Virus record (IMG/VR): IMGVR_UViG_3300011335_000354 | Span: 1 to 33,559 of that record | DNA: 33,559 nt | Source of the DNA: a virus | Taxonomy: Duplodnaviria; Caudoviricetes | Reading direction: 5' to 3' (one strand) | Shown: one piece after another, positions 24,901-33,299 of the stretch | Layout: every line of letters begins with the position of its first letter | Position numbering within the stretch: position 1 is the stretch's first letter | Program-made: the position numbers and the translations under genes | Notes under the pieces: model-generated | Told to the model about the DNA's origin: nothing | The model's database searches: none | What the model saw: the letters and a program-made list of their open reading frames with translations, nothing else

Positions 24901-25015
24901 CTTGAGTAGTGGCCGCATCTGGACTTGTCGCTAAAAAGTCACGAATGATTCCGTACAGGTTTTCCGCAGAACCACCTGTATTAAGTTGATAGCGCAATGC
25001 GTCAGATATAGCCAT
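21950..25015 (-). CDS. Internal virion / DNA ejection protein 1 with N-terminal SGNH hydrolase domain
   Basis: 1021 aa. Residues ~66-240 show SGNH blocks (GAS72W, NYAVAG, AGGVD, D216ALH219). The C-terminal Q/G/A-rich region is typical of pilot proteins. Confidence 0.75.
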   Translation of the reverse strand: MAISDALRYQLNTGGSAENLYGIIRDFLATSPDAATTQAQMAQYGISGEDVANATGGRSGGLLSGNILAGASWNSANTALQNQLTEATGQATSNYAVAGSTTTDTLNQLNTFLAGGGQFDPNATVYLQAGGVDFITGVDKGVVKDNLNQIVKTLGDQGVNVVLTGSPYAKSVEDVVNNNFNPEVDQLFKDVAKANSNVALVGTQGEILQNKKLLVDALHTNAEGTAVYNQSVIDALSQFKNEVPSSTPQAIAQAQRTNTVATTPPVITQAAENPVVAQSLARVIPTARGSVIEGDNIEAQMAGVPQVVYETRVDPNNPAIYETYNPRTGEVINRGTFAGGGDRGLLAAAAPVIGLAASTVGLPFISGLLGGATGLTGSALAGATGATIGGGTSALAGGSGQDILKGALLGGGAAYGGSLLDNYLSTGSTVDAGITERQFAIADARNLASQGLSTNQIADTLSAGGYNDITVQRALSAIGSTTTALPTPGAVNVTGTPATNLGSVLSSFNAPVTQAGTVNVTGTSQPQMIDQATLNLVNSQLAANRGTTTNLANVEITGNRPATTQEITNAILATVPNVTLQQAQTQAEVLITSGQNIKVSDLVSAVSSVSPTITNTVAEQIITAPRSTPVGQNLASFPASLVSSVPSTTTPDSRSTLERVGTNVLGTGLLSLLNPNLISGGLGTAGNLLQMQTSREAAQRAQAMIDAETKAAKDAAQFRPIGMTTRFGTSQFGFDPTTGRLSSAGYTLTPDIKAQQDRLIALSNQGLTQAEGAQAQFAPLQTGAQRLFGLGNQYLAQSPQEVAQNYLNQQMALLQPGREQELATLQNRLQQQGRGGLAVAQGGAMGATTPELQALFNARARQEAELAANAQQAGQRDVMFGAGLLGQGSQAMGQYYGGQQAAYAPYTAALGQAQTLETLGQQPYNMGVNLGQIGSQAGFNVGQLGLKGAQISAGLATSADATRNLLAQGLTAAGNPNAMFGQALGNVFGGLFNAPQSGFSYGKYGTGIDPSTGEYFGSLYF

Positions 25016-25020
25016 GATAT

Positions 25021-25161
25021 TTATTCCTCTTCTTTAGGCACTTGAGCCTCTGCTTGCTCTTTAATCTTAACAATCAAAGGCCACACACCACTAGACGATG
25101 GGAGGTTGCCCAAAGTCTGTAAAACAAAGTTAATTTCGTTGACTTCTAAATCAAGATTCAT
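25021..25161 (-). CDS. Hypothetical protein (46 aa)
   Basis: Manual translation MNLDLEVNEINFVLQTLGNLPSSSGVWPLIVKIKEQAEAQVPKEEE. TAATG coupling. Confidence 0.7.
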   Translation of the reverse strand: MNLDLEVNEINFVLQTLGNLPSSSGVWPLIVKIKEQAEAQVPKEEE

Positions 25162-25481
25162 TATTGACCCCAAGGAAGCGGTGTGTTCTCAGGGCTGACA
25201 GGCGGAGTAATCATGCTGTCGATTTGTCCCTGTACACATTGCTGTGCGCTGGTGATGGCAGACTCAGGAATCCAACCAATCACAATGTTTTCTGTCAGGC
25301 TTGCATAGGGAATAAATGCACCCTCTTGGTCTGCCGAGTTGAATGTGGTGTTGCCACCGATGGATGCGGTGTATTGTCCATCCACGCCAGTGACTTCCCA
25401 GAGGGCGTTCACTACGTAGTTAGGGTCAGGCTGTTGGAGGGTGTACATCGCTGTGATGCGGGTTGTAAAAGTTGTTGCCAT
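25161..25481 (-). CDS. Tail-fibre-associated protein
   Basis: 106 aa directly after the fibre, with FIPYASLTE..VIGW and a C-terminal LPW. Confidence 0.7.
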   Translation of the reverse strand: MATTFTTRITAMYTLQQPDPNYVVNALWEVTGVDGQYTASIGGNTTFNSADQEGAFIPYASLTENIVIGWIPESAITSAQQCVQGQIDSMITPPVSPENTPLPWGQ

Positions 25482-25482
25482 G

Positions 25483-28251
25483 TTAGGCTCCTTTCAAAGT
25501 TGCAAGTTCGGCTTTCACCGAGTCGAGTTGAGATTTCAATTCTTGGATGGCTTTTACTAAAACAGGAATCATTTTAGTTTCAGTAATTTTTAGGCTTTCT
25601 TCTGTTTCATCGTCAGCAACTAATAAGTCTCCAGCAACACCACCATATTTTTTCTCAAGCGCAATAACGTCTTGAGCCAAGAATCCTAATTGTGTTTTAG
25701 TTTCTTTGTATGTTCCATTTGGAGTGTTGCCTTCATACTTGTCACGCTTGTCCCACCTGTAAGTGATAGGGCGCAGTTCATTGACAAAATTTAATCCGTA
25801 TGGTGCATCAGTAACATCTGCCTTATCTCTTGCATCAGAAGTAACAGTCCATGCAACAAGTATGTAAGCATTGGTAACATTTGCATCACCAATTACAACT
25901 CGATTGCTTTGTGTTATAAGGTTAATAACACCGCTAGAATTTCCAGCCGCATAACCAATAACCGTGTTATTTGTTCCAGTAGTTAAATTTGATGCGGCTA
26001 CAGAGCCTAAAGTAGTATTGTTGCCACCAGTAATACTGTATCCAGAACCACTTCCAACAATTGTGTTATTATTCGATGTTGAATTAGTATAACCAGCACT
26101 AGTGCCAAGCAATGTATTATTTGTTCCAGTGGTTGCTGAATAACCGGCATTAGTGCCAACAAAAACATTTTCAGCACCCGTAGTATTTGAATACCCAGCG
26201 TTATATCCAATTGCCGTAAGTATTGTTCCAGTAGTGTTCGTATATAAAGCCTGATAACCCACAGCCGTGTTTTGAGAGGCTGTGGTGTTGAACCGCAGTG
26301 CGTACAGACCAAGCGCAGTGTTGTAACTACCAGTCGTGTTGTAGTACAGCGCATCAAAACCAACCGCGGTGTTTTCCACACCAGTCGAGTTGGTGTACAT
26401 GGCTCGGAAGCCATAGGCAGTGTTGTTTGCGCCAGTATTACTGTATGCGGCCTGATAACCCACAGCAGTGTTGTTAGATGCTGTGGTGTTGGCTTGCAGG
26501 GCATCCTTACCTATGCCAGTATTATTGCCACCAGTGGTGTTATTTAGTAACGCATTAGAACCTAAAGCACTATTGTTCACCCCTGTGCTTGTAACATTTA
26601 AAGTTCCATAACCAATACCAGTGTTATCTGCACCAGTGGCAAGTTTTAAAGAACCATAACCCACAGCAGTGTTTAAGTTGCCTGTGCTGTTTGTATAAAG
26701 TGATTGATAACCAATCGCAATATTGCGTGTTCCTGTGGTATTTGAGTATGCGGCTTGATAACCCACAGCCACGTTGTCCGACGCTGTGGTGTTGCTTGAC
26801 AAAGCAGATTGACCAACGGCTACGTTAGTGGTGCCAGTTGTGTTGTTTAAAAGTGCATCACGACCAAAAGCAGAATTAGAAGCGCCTGTGGTTGTGGTAG
26901 ACATTGCATTAATTCCAAAAGCGGAATTGCTGTCGCCTGTTGTGTTTGCTTTTAATGCTTGATAGCCAGTCGCCGTGTTATACGGGCCACTTGTATTAGC
27001 CGCCAACGCACTAGCACCCACCGCAGTGTTGGTAGCCACAGCACCTGCGCCACGACCAACAGTCAACCCTTCAATAGAACCAGCACCCGTTACGCTCAAT
27101 GTGCTAGATGCTGACAAGGTTGTGAAAGACCCAGCCGCAGGGGTGACGTTACCAATAATGCCTTGCAAGGATGTGGCAGTTGCTACTCCGAGGGTTGGGG
27201 TTACTAGGGTAGGAGAAGTCGCAAAGACATTAGCACCGCTACCAGTTTCATCTGTCAAAGCACCTGCCAATTGAGCAGAAGTGAACGAACCCAATGAGGT
27301 AGCATTGCCAACAGAAGTGACTGCACCAGTTAGATTGGCGTTAGTTGTGACATTGCCCGCAGTTAGACCAGAGGCAGTACCTGTGATGTTTGTACCTACC
27401 AAAGCAGTTGGCGTTCCAAGAGCAGGAGTCACCAAGGTAGGTGAGGTAGCAAAGACTAAAGCACCAGAACCTGTTTCATCCGATACCGCAGAAGCTAGAT
27501 TGGCACTTGATGGAGTTCCAAGAAATGTCGCTACGTTTGTTCCTAAACCGCTTACGCCTGTGGAGATAGGCAACCCTGTGGCATTGGTAAGAGTTGCTGA
27601 TGATGGAGTGCCAAGAACAGGGGTTACTAAGGTTGGGCTAGTGGCGAATACCAAAGAACCCGTACCAGTTTCATCAGTAACAGCAGAAATCAAGTTAGCA
27701 CTAGATGGAGTTCCAAGGAACGTAGCTACACCAGTACCAAGACCAGAAACACCTGTTGAGATCGGCAAACCTGTTAGATTAGTTGCCACACCAGAAGCAG
27801 GAGTTCCCAAGGCGGGAGTGACCAGAGTAGGACTGTTTGACAGAACTACCGATCCAGAACCCGTAGATGAAGTTACACCTGTACCGCCATTGGCAACACC
27901 TAGAGTTCCTGTGATGTCGGCAGTAGAAAGCGTTACTGCATCCCATGTAGCATTAGTGCCATCAGTCTGAAGGTACTTGCTAGAGTTACCTGTTTGGCTT
28001 GGCAAGAGGTTATTCAACGCACCTGCGGCTGTTGAAGCACCTGTTCCACCATCAGCAACTGCTAAGTCTGTGATGCCTGTGATTGAACCACCAGTAATAG
28101 CGGCAGACGCATTGTCTGTCTTAGTCGCAACAGCAGTAGCGATGTTGTTGAACTCAGTATCAATCTCAGTACCTCGAACGACCTTGAGGGGATCGCCAGG
28201 TGTGAGGTTGTCTTTAGTAGCAAAGTTAGTACTTTTTGTGTAGTTACTCAC
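25483..28251 (-). CDS. Tail fibre with repeat shaft and C-terminal peptidase S74 intramolecular chaperone
   Basis: DETGxGxLVFATSPTLVTP repeats, about 25 14-aa NxAxGxxAL repeats, and TSDARDK...LRPITYRW...GFLAQDV chaperone motifs. Confidence 0.9.
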   Translation of the reverse strand: MSNYTKSTNFATKDNLTPGDPLKVVRGTEIDTEFNNIATAVATKTDNASAAITGGSITGITDLAVADGGTGASTAAGALNNLLPSQTGNSSKYLQTDGTNATWDAVTLSTADITGTLGVANGGTGVTSSTGSGSVVLSNSPTLVTPALGTPASGVATNLTGLPISTGVSGLGTGVATFLGTPSSANLISAVTDETGTGSLVFATSPTLVTPVLGTPSSATLTNATGLPISTGVSGLGTNVATFLGTPSSANLASAVSDETGSGALVFATSPTLVTPALGTPTALVGTNITGTASGLTAGNVTTNANLTGAVTSVGNATSLGSFTSAQLAGALTDETGSGANVFATSPTLVTPTLGVATATSLQGIIGNVTPAAGSFTTLSASSTLSVTGAGSIEGLTVGRGAGAVATNTAVGASALAANTSGPYNTATGYQALKANTTGDSNSAFGINAMSTTTTGASNSAFGRDALLNNTTGTTNVAVGQSALSSNTTASDNVAVGYQAAYSNTTGTRNIAIGYQSLYTNSTGNLNTAVGYGSLKLATGADNTGIGYGTLNVTSTGVNNSALGSNALLNNTTGGNNTGIGKDALQANTTASNNTAVGYQAAYSNTGANNTAYGFRAMYTNSTGVENTAVGFDALYYNTTGSYNTALGLYALRFNTTASQNTAVGYQALYTNTTGTILTAIGYNAGYSNTTGAENVFVGTNAGYSATTGTNNTLLGTSAGYTNSTSNNNTIVGSGSGYSITGGNNTTLGSVAASNLTTGTNNTVIGYAAGNSSGVINLITQSNRVVIGDANVTNAYILVAWTVTSDARDKADVTDAPYGLNFVNELRPITYRWDKRDKYEGNTPNGTYKETKTQLGFLAQDVIALEKKYGGVAGDLLVADDETEESLKITETKMIPVLVKAIQELKSQLDSVKAELATLKGA

Positions 28252-29792
28252 GATATTTTCCCGTTCTTAGATTGAATCTCAATTTTCTGAATCGACAACT
28301 GAGTTCCGTTGATAGTGGTTTCGTAACCTGTTTGCACAATTTTACCCGCACCAGATGCGTTCACATCCAATGTCTTAATCAACAAACCGCCTGAATACTC
28401 GGCTACTCCATACTCCGCAAGACCATACTCATAGTTCTGTTGTTCAGGAATGTAAGCATTACCCGAGAGATAGTTGGCAGCAAAGTCAAACCCCCACTTG
28501 ATTGTCACAAACTGGTCTGACCCACCAATGATAATTGTCTTAATTCTCTTCAGTATGGAAATCTGATTCTGATTACCAAGGTCTGCATGGTTGGTAAAGT
28601 AACTCAATCGGTAAGTAGAGGTGTTATCTAAGAAACTTCCATACTTCCCAATAAACCCTGTTTTACCAATGTACAAGTCACCATTGCGAAGCGAATAGAG
28701 AGCTGTAGGCGTGATTGAGTCCCACTTAGTCACCCTAAACGCACCATCTTGAAGTTGCATCTTGGTGTCAAAACAGAAGACCTGAGATGTGACAGGTAAG
28801 GTCAACAGATAAAAAGCATTCTTCTCTGAGTAAACAGACTTCAAATTAGCAAGAGTCTCTACCGCCAAAGAAGAGATAAGGTCAGAACGAACATTCTTAG
28901 ACAAGTCTCTTAGGGGTGCTGACTTCTCTTGAATCGTCCTCATCAGAGAACGAACACCCGAGTCTGACAAGAAAATAACGTCTGTACCGATACTTTGTAT
29001 GGTGTCCCTAGCAATACACCCAATAGAACCTACTGTGTCTGATAAAACCAAAGATGCGGGAGTTGAAGCACCAGAGTAAACAAGAATCTGCCTCTTACCA
29101 AAGATAAACAGAAAATCATTGTGAGCCGCTAGACCCATCACTTCATCAGCACCATTAGGCCAGACACGGGAAACATCCAAAGACCCCGATGTACCACCAG
29201 ACCATACATGACCCGCTATCAGGTCAGAGAAGGTAACTGTTACCTTGTTAGATGATGTGCTTGCCACCCACAAACGACCAAATGCTGAAATGCAGATGTT
29301 GGCAGAAGGAACCGAACCCGCATACCCTGTTTTCTCAGAAACTCTGCGATAGGTGGTTGTGCTAACCGCAGGGTCATAAATAATTGGATCGTGACCAGTT
29401 TGAAAGAAGTAAGCAATCCCATTTAAGGAGGCACATTGCCAATTAGATGCCGTAATCGTAGGGGCAGAACCGCCACCACCATAGGTTAACTCAGTCACCG
29501 CATTGGACGCACCAAGTTTAAATACCTTGTTGTTACCAAAAAACAAAACAGTCAAAGTGCCATCAGTTTGGACTAACTCATGGATCACCCCAACAGGATT
29601 AGACCCAAGGTTTCCAGATGAAGGGTTGACATGGGTGTAGCCCTTGCGTGTACCAATGCGACCATATTGGTCAATCACACAATTAGCGGCAACCAAAGCA
29701 AAGCCAGTCGCCAAATCCAATGGCGAATCTTGCGTGTTCAGGCCATAAAAGCCTGGTGCGCTAATGCTTTGACTTTGAAGTGGTGATGCCAT
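28248..29792 (-). CDS. Tail hub / nozzle protein (P22 gp10-like)
   Basis: 514 aa, beta-rich (propeller-like), with a IGCIARDTI motif. Lies between the adaptor and fibre. Confidence 0.75.
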   Translation of the reverse strand: MASPLQSQSISAPGFYGLNTQDSPLDLATGFALVAANCVIDQYGRIGTRKGYTHVNPSSGNLGSNPVGVIHELVQTDGTLTVLFFGNNKVFKLGASNAVTELTYGGGGSAPTITASNWQCASLNGIAYFFQTGHDPIIYDPAVSTTTYRRVSEKTGYAGSVPSANICISAFGRLWVASTSSNKVTVTFSDLIAGHVWSGGTSGSLDVSRVWPNGADEVMGLAAHNDFLFIFGKRQILVYSGASTPASLVLSDTVGSIGCIARDTIQSIGTDVIFLSDSGVRSLMRTIQEKSAPLRDLSKNVRSDLISSLAVETLANLKSVYSEKNAFYLLTLPVTSQVFCFDTKMQLQDGAFRVTKWDSITPTALYSLRNGDLYIGKTGFIGKYGSFLDNTSTYRLSYFTNHADLGNQNQISILKRIKTIIIGGSDQFVTIKWGFDFAANYLSGNAYIPEQQNYEYGLAEYGVAEYSGGLLIKTLDVNASGAGKIVQTGYETTINGTQLSIQKIEIQSKNGKIS

Positions 29793-30437
29793 TTAGACCG
29801 CCACAAAGTTGTCTTCAGGGTAACGAGTGCTTTCTAGTGCAATCGCATCAGAGAGCATCCCACGAAATAAAGCATAAGCCTCATTAGAAGCAGTACCGCC
29901 ATCCTCACCACGCTCAATCAAAGCACGAGCATAAGCACTTTGAGTCACCAAGTAATCAAGAACTTTGACAGATGTGCCATCAGCCGACAGATTTGCCTGT
30001 GGGATAGTTAGGTCAAACAACAGAGTAAAAGTACCATTAGGAACTGGAAACAGGTCAACCTTTGTGTCGCCATTACCATCTACACCGCTAAAGCAGAACT
30101 CTGAAGGAATAGATTGCGAAGGTGCGCCAAGGTTTAGTTTGCGGTTCATGTCCACAAACTCAATATTCCGCAGACCAATCAAACTGGTTGTATTAAGAGC
30201 GTCATTAACACGAAACTTCTGTCCCGCACCTGTCAAAGCATAAGAACTCGTACCGCTAGTAGTCGTTACTGTGATTGTTTGAGCAAGGCAATTCCAGTTG
30301 TAAGAGTCCTCAATCTGTCTCTTAGCATCATTGACAAACTTGCCAATCAAAGAAGAATAGGTTGTTTCGCCAACAGTAGAGACTGTGCTTTCACGCAAGC
30401 GTATAAGAACATCGTTAACAAGTTCTAAGTAGGTCAT
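29793..30437 (-). CDS. Head-tail adaptor protein
   Basis: MTYLELVNDVLIRLRE...FVNDAKRQIEDSYNW pattern, supported by synteny. Confidence 0.8.
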   Translation of the reverse strand: MTYLELVNDVLIRLRESTVSTVGETTYSSLIGKFVNDAKRQIEDSYNWNCLAQTITVTTTSGTSSYALTGAGQKFRVNDALNTTSLIGLRNIEFVDMNRKLNLGAPSQSIPSEFCFSGVDGNGDTKVDLFPVPNGTFTLLFDLTIPQANLSADGTSVKVLDYLVTQSAYARALIERGEDGGTASNEAYALFRGMLSDAIALESTRYPEDNFVAV

Positions 30438-30769
30438 GTTCGTTGCGCTCCTTGAACCTCAAATGTTGCAATAAAACTGAAGGAACTACCCGCTTCAGTA
30501 GTAAGTTGAATTCTGTCACCTTCTTCTAATACGATGTAAGCAACACCATTAAATTCCAAATACTCTTTAGAAGTTAGATTGTAAGAAGTAAGGATGTCTA
30601 AAGTGGTTGCTGTACTTGCGTCATACCATTGGACTGTAATGTGCTTTGTCGATCCACCAGTATTGTGGATATACATGACAGTAAATTTGGCGTAGTAACC
30701 CGTAGGTACTGTGTAAACAGTAGTCAGCGTTGCGGCTGTGGGGTTAACTCCGACTGAGGTTGGCCTCAT
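30434..30769 (-). CDS. Hypothetical beta-rich virion protein
   Basis: 111 aa, TTVYTVP...LEEGD pattern, ATGA overlaps. Confidence 0.7.
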   Translation of the reverse strand: MRPTSVGVNPTAATLTTVYTVPTGYYAKFTVMYIHNTGGSTKHITVQWYDASTATTLDILTSYNLTSKEYLEFNGVAYIVLEEGDRIQLTTEAGSSFSFIATFEVQGAQRT

Positions 30770-31059
30770 TTACTATTCCTCTTAGAGATCGCTTTAGCCT
30801 TCGCTTTAGCGTCTTCCTTGGACGTTGCGCCCCAAGCTCTAAGAGATAATAGGAGTCGGGTAGGCTTCCCATCTTTCATCTCAGCGCCAGGCATATTGCC
30901 CATTCGTGCTAAAAAGGAGGCCCTACGAGGGTTGTCGCCTGACTTGACTGGAGGCTTTAAATTACCACCAGTTTCTGCATTATACGATGATCTACCCTTG
31001 GCGTTCAAGCCGCCTTTTGGATTTTGACCAGCTTTTGTTTGCCAAGTAGGAGTTTTCAT
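30766..31059 (-). CDS. Basic protein (DUF6321-like)
   Basis: Motifs NPKGGLNAKGRSSYN and RRASFLARM. Confidence 0.75.
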   Translation of the reverse strand: MKTPTWQTKAGQNPKGGLNAKGRSSYNAETGGNLKPPVKSGDNPRRASFLARMGNMPGAEMKDGKPTRLLLSLRAWGATSKEDAKAKAKAISKRNSK

Positions 31060-31295
31060 CTGAATTTCGCTGTTTTCTTTGCTACTGCCTTAGGTTGGGC
31101 AACAAACTGTTTACCCGCCTTAGTACCTTTTCGTTTGGCAGCAGTGGTAGCCGCATACTCTTTTGCACTCAAAGCCTTAATAGCCGCCTCTGGTAGATAC
31201 CTCTCTCCTGTCTCAGACGATGGCTTTCCAGACTTGGTTTTCCAATTAGCGGCAGTCCATGATCGTAAACTTTGTTGTGGTTTTTGTAGTGCCAT
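31056..31295 (-). CDS. Basic protein (DUF5872 C-terminal-half-like) with replacement N-terminus
   Basis: QQSLRSWTAANWKTKSGKPSSETGERYLPEAAI. ATG at 31295 with a GGGGGA RBS. Confidence 0.75.
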   Translation of the reverse strand: MALQKPQQSLRSWTAANWKTKSGKPSSETGERYLPEAAIKALSAKEYAATTAAKRKGTKAGKQFVAQPKAVAKKTAKFR

Positions 31296-31322
31296 GCTAT
31301 AATCCCCCAATAGGAGAACGAA

Positions 31323-31844
31323 ATGAACGAACTTTGGATTGAAATACCCGATACTGATGGACGCTACTCAATAAGCAACTTTGGACGTGTACGATCAAAT
31401 TGGTCAGATAGACCAGACAGAAACTTGAAACATCGCATAAAGTATGAGAAAGTTTCCATATTAAAGGCTTGGGTTCATACAACAGGGTACTGGCGTGTTT
31501 CTCTTGGGAGAAATAATCACAAGTATGTTCATCGTTTAATGGCGCTTGCTTTTCTGCCAAACCCTGATGGGTTAACGCAAGTTGACCACATTGATGGGAA
31601 TCGTTTAAATTTATCAATTGATAATTTGCGTTGGGTTTCTGCAAAACAAAATATTTTGTTAGGCGCTGAAAGGCATCATTGGAAAACTCAGAAACAAGCA
31701 AGTTTAAGTCGTAGATTGTTTGTTGAAAATTCGGCTGAATTTTATGCTTTATACAATGCGGGGCATAGTTTGCGTTGGATTGCAAGAAAGTTTGGAACCG
31801 ACCATAGATTGGTTCGCAGTCGAATTGACCAACTTGAGAAATAG
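31323..31844 (+). mobile_element. NUMOD4-HNH homing endonuclease inserted in inverted orientation
   Basis: ELWIEIP...YSISNFGRVRS (NUMOD4) and VHRLMALAF...VDHIDGNRLNLSIDNLRW. AGGAG RBS. Confidence 0.92.
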
Positions 31845-31881
31845 CAGACCAATCCTTTAAAGATTGTTGAGGATTCTTCAT
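31843..31881 (-). pseudogene. Original 5' end of the gene at 31056-31295, cut off by the HNH insertion
   Basis: MKNPQQSLKDWSA aligns with (MAL)QKPQQSLRSWTA. ATGA-coupled to the upstream gene. Confidence 0.75.
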
Positions 31882-32021
31882 TTCTTCTTCTTAGGTGTGT
31901 GGGTCAGAAACTTACTTGTTGGAGAGTGTTTAGCACCCGTCATCAGCTTATCACCCGCCTTGTGGGTTGGCCCTTTGTAGAGTTTCCCATCAGGGGTGTA
32001 GTGTGGTTTATCTTTGCTCAT
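31878..32021 (-). CDS. Small basic His-containing protein (47 aa)
   Basis: Manual translation MSKDKPHYTPDGKLYKGPTHKAGDKLMTGAKHSPTSKFLTHTPKKKK. Confidence 0.7.
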   Translation of the reverse strand: MSKDKPHYTPDGKLYKGPTHKAGDKLMTGAKHSPTSKFLTHTPKKKK

Positions 32022-32191
32022 GTTTTATACCCTCCACCTCCGGCTTTGTATTCCTTGGCTAACAATTGGGCTTTTCTGGCTGACCATTCGCCAGGATCAC
32101 CGCCCTTAGTCCCCGCCTTGATCCTCTCAAACAAAGCCTTTCTCATGGTTGGTTTCGTGTAAACCTTTGCTTGATTGACCTTAGACTTCAT
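32018..32191 (-). CDS. Small basic protein (57 aa; DUF5872 N-terminal-half-like)
   Basis: Manual translation ...YTKPTMRKALFERIKAGTKGGDPGEWSARKAQLLAKEYKAGGGGYKT. Confidence 0.75.
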   Translation of the reverse strand: MKSKVNQAKVYTKPTMRKALFERIKAGTKGGDPGEWSARKAQLLAKEYKAGGGGYKT

Positions 32192-32340
32192 TTTTTGACC
32201 TTTTTAGCCTCGGATAAAGCGATGGCAATGGCTTGTTGTGGCTTCTTAACCACCTTTCCACCCTTGCCAGAGTGCAACTCACCCGCCTTAAATTCACGCA
32301 TAACCTTGCTGATTTTGGCTTGACGGGCAGTCTTTTTCAT
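32188..32340 (-). CDS. Small basic protein (50 aa; DUF6496-like)
   Basis: KVMREFKAGELHSGKGGKVVKKPQQAIAIALSEA. Confidence 0.75.
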   Translation of the reverse strand: MKKTARQAKISKVMREFKAGELHSGKGGKVVKKPQQAIAIALSEAKKVKK

Positions 32341-32504
32341 TTGCCACGACCCGCTTTTTTCATCATATTGGTCGCAGTACGACCACCACGGGTAGGCAAA
32401 CCTTTAGGCTTACCAATAGCAATCATTACTGTTAAAGGCATACCTTTTTTGGAATCCTTTTTGCCACTCTTGGAGTCAGACATCTTAGGTGCTTTGCCGT
32501 ACAT
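32337..32504 (-). CDS. Small basic protein (55 aa)
   Basis: Manual translation MYGKAPKMSDSKSGKKDSKKGMPLTVMIAIGKPKGLPTRGGRTATNMMKKAGRGK. Confidence 0.7.
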   Translation of the reverse strand: MYGKAPKMSDSKSGKKDSKKGMPLTVMIAIGKPKGLPTRGGRTATNMMKKAGRGK

Positions 32505-32508
32505 AACA

Positions 32509-32712
32509 TTACCTCACAAATTTAGTTGCAATAAAAGACACTACCCCACCCAGAACGGATGCAATAGCCATTCCAACGAAAAAGCCACCTTTAGATTTGT
32601 TTGCCATCTCTAAAAGCGTTTTAATATCTTGGCGAAGTGCATGAACTTCAGTTTGTAAAGCCTCAACTTGAGCTTCCAACTTGCCAAATTCTCTTGGATC
32701 AATTTCCGACAT
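32509..32712 (-). CDS. XhlA-like coiled-coil plus TM protein (possible holin)
   Basis: MSEIDPREFGKLEAQV... coiled coil followed by a hydrophobic C-terminus. GAGGT RBS before 32712. Confidence 0.65.
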   Translation of the reverse strand: MSEIDPREFGKLEAQVEALQTEVHALRQDIKTLLEMANKSKGGFFVGMAIASVLGGVVSFIATKFVR

Positions 32713-32875
32713 TTGAAACCTCTTTTTTTGGTCTTCCAACTTTAGGTTTGTCTTCGTCTTTCTTTGGAGTTTCCTCAACAAGAACGTATCCTTGATGACC
32801 TTTCATGCTATCAATATCATGCTGATAGGTGAAAGTTACTGTGTTTCCCGATTGTAAACAACGAAAAGTAGCCAT
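32699..32875 (-). CDS. Hypothetical protein (58 aa)
   Basis: GGAG RBS. Sequence MATFRCLQSGNTVTFTYQHDIDSMKGHQGY...GRPKK. Confidence 0.7.
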   Translation of the reverse strand: MATFRCLQSGNTVTFTYQHDIDSMKGHQGYVLVEETPKKDEDKPKVGRPKKEVSNVGN

Positions 32876-32884
32876 AAAAACTCC

Positions 32885-32913
32885 AAAAAAAAGGGGGGTA
32901 TTAGCCCCCTTTA
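32885..32913 (-). terminator. Intrinsic terminator
   Basis: Minus strand AAAGGGGG-CTAATAC-CCCCCTTTTTTTT. Confidence 0.8.
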
Positions 32914-32914
32914 A

Positions 32915-33238
32915 TTAAACTGCACGAGCCACAATAAGGTTCAATGTGGTTGATGCCAAGTCTACAGAACCTGCTGTAGGGTTGTAAGTCACGATAGTAA
33001 CTGTGTTAGCGGCTGAAACATAGGCTCTACGAACCAAACCTGCCTCATCAACGCCAATTGCCATACCGATAACCATATCACCCAAAGCAACGCCTGGCAC
33101 TGTAACTGTATCTGTAGCGGTTGCAGTAGTAGCTACTGATGCGCTATTAAGAGTACAGGTAACGTCCCAAGTGTCTGTAAATAGACCACGGAACTGGTCA
33201 TTGCCCCTGCGGGAAACGACTGCTGTTGCTGCTGCCAT
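32915..33238 (-). CDS. Putative capsid decoration protein (107 aa)
   Basis: Ala/Thr/Val-rich, TVTVPGVALGD motif, AGGAG RBS, directly after the capsid gene. Confidence 0.7.
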   Translation of the reverse strand: MAAATAVVSRRGNDQFRGLFTDTWDVTCTLNSASVATTATATDTVTVPGVALGDMVIGMAIGVDEAGLVRRAYVSAANTVTIVTYNPTAGSVDLASTTLNLIVARAV

Positions 33239-33256
33239 AATAAATCTCCTTGATGT

Positions 33257-33288
33257 AAAAAATCCCCCCACCGATTAAGGCGAGGGGA
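33257..33288 (-). terminator. Intrinsic terminator after the capsid gene
   Basis: Minus strand TCCCCTCGCC-TTAATC-GGTGGGGGGA-TTTTTT. Confidence 0.8.
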
Positions 33289-33299
33289 AAAGGCAACTA

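Noticed and set aside
26200-26800. Tail-fibre DNA repeats as a DGR template/variable pair or CRISPR array
   Set aside because: There is no reverse transcriptase or cas gene and no adenine-specific pattern was seen. The repeats follow the protein repeat.
26975-28243. Long + strand ORFs (99, 229 and 88 aa) opposite the tail fibre
   Set aside because: They are in-register antisense shadows of Thr/Gly/Ala/Val-rich repeats, with no RBS context.
31297-31881. Group I intron interrupting the basic-protein gene
   Set aside because: The HNH is inverted and fills nearly the whole insert, leaving no room for intron core elements. The downstream part has its own RBS and ATG.
31899-32613. + strand ORFs 31899-32162 and 32233-32613
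   Set aside because: The region is tiled by coupled small minus-strand genes with recognisable motifs.
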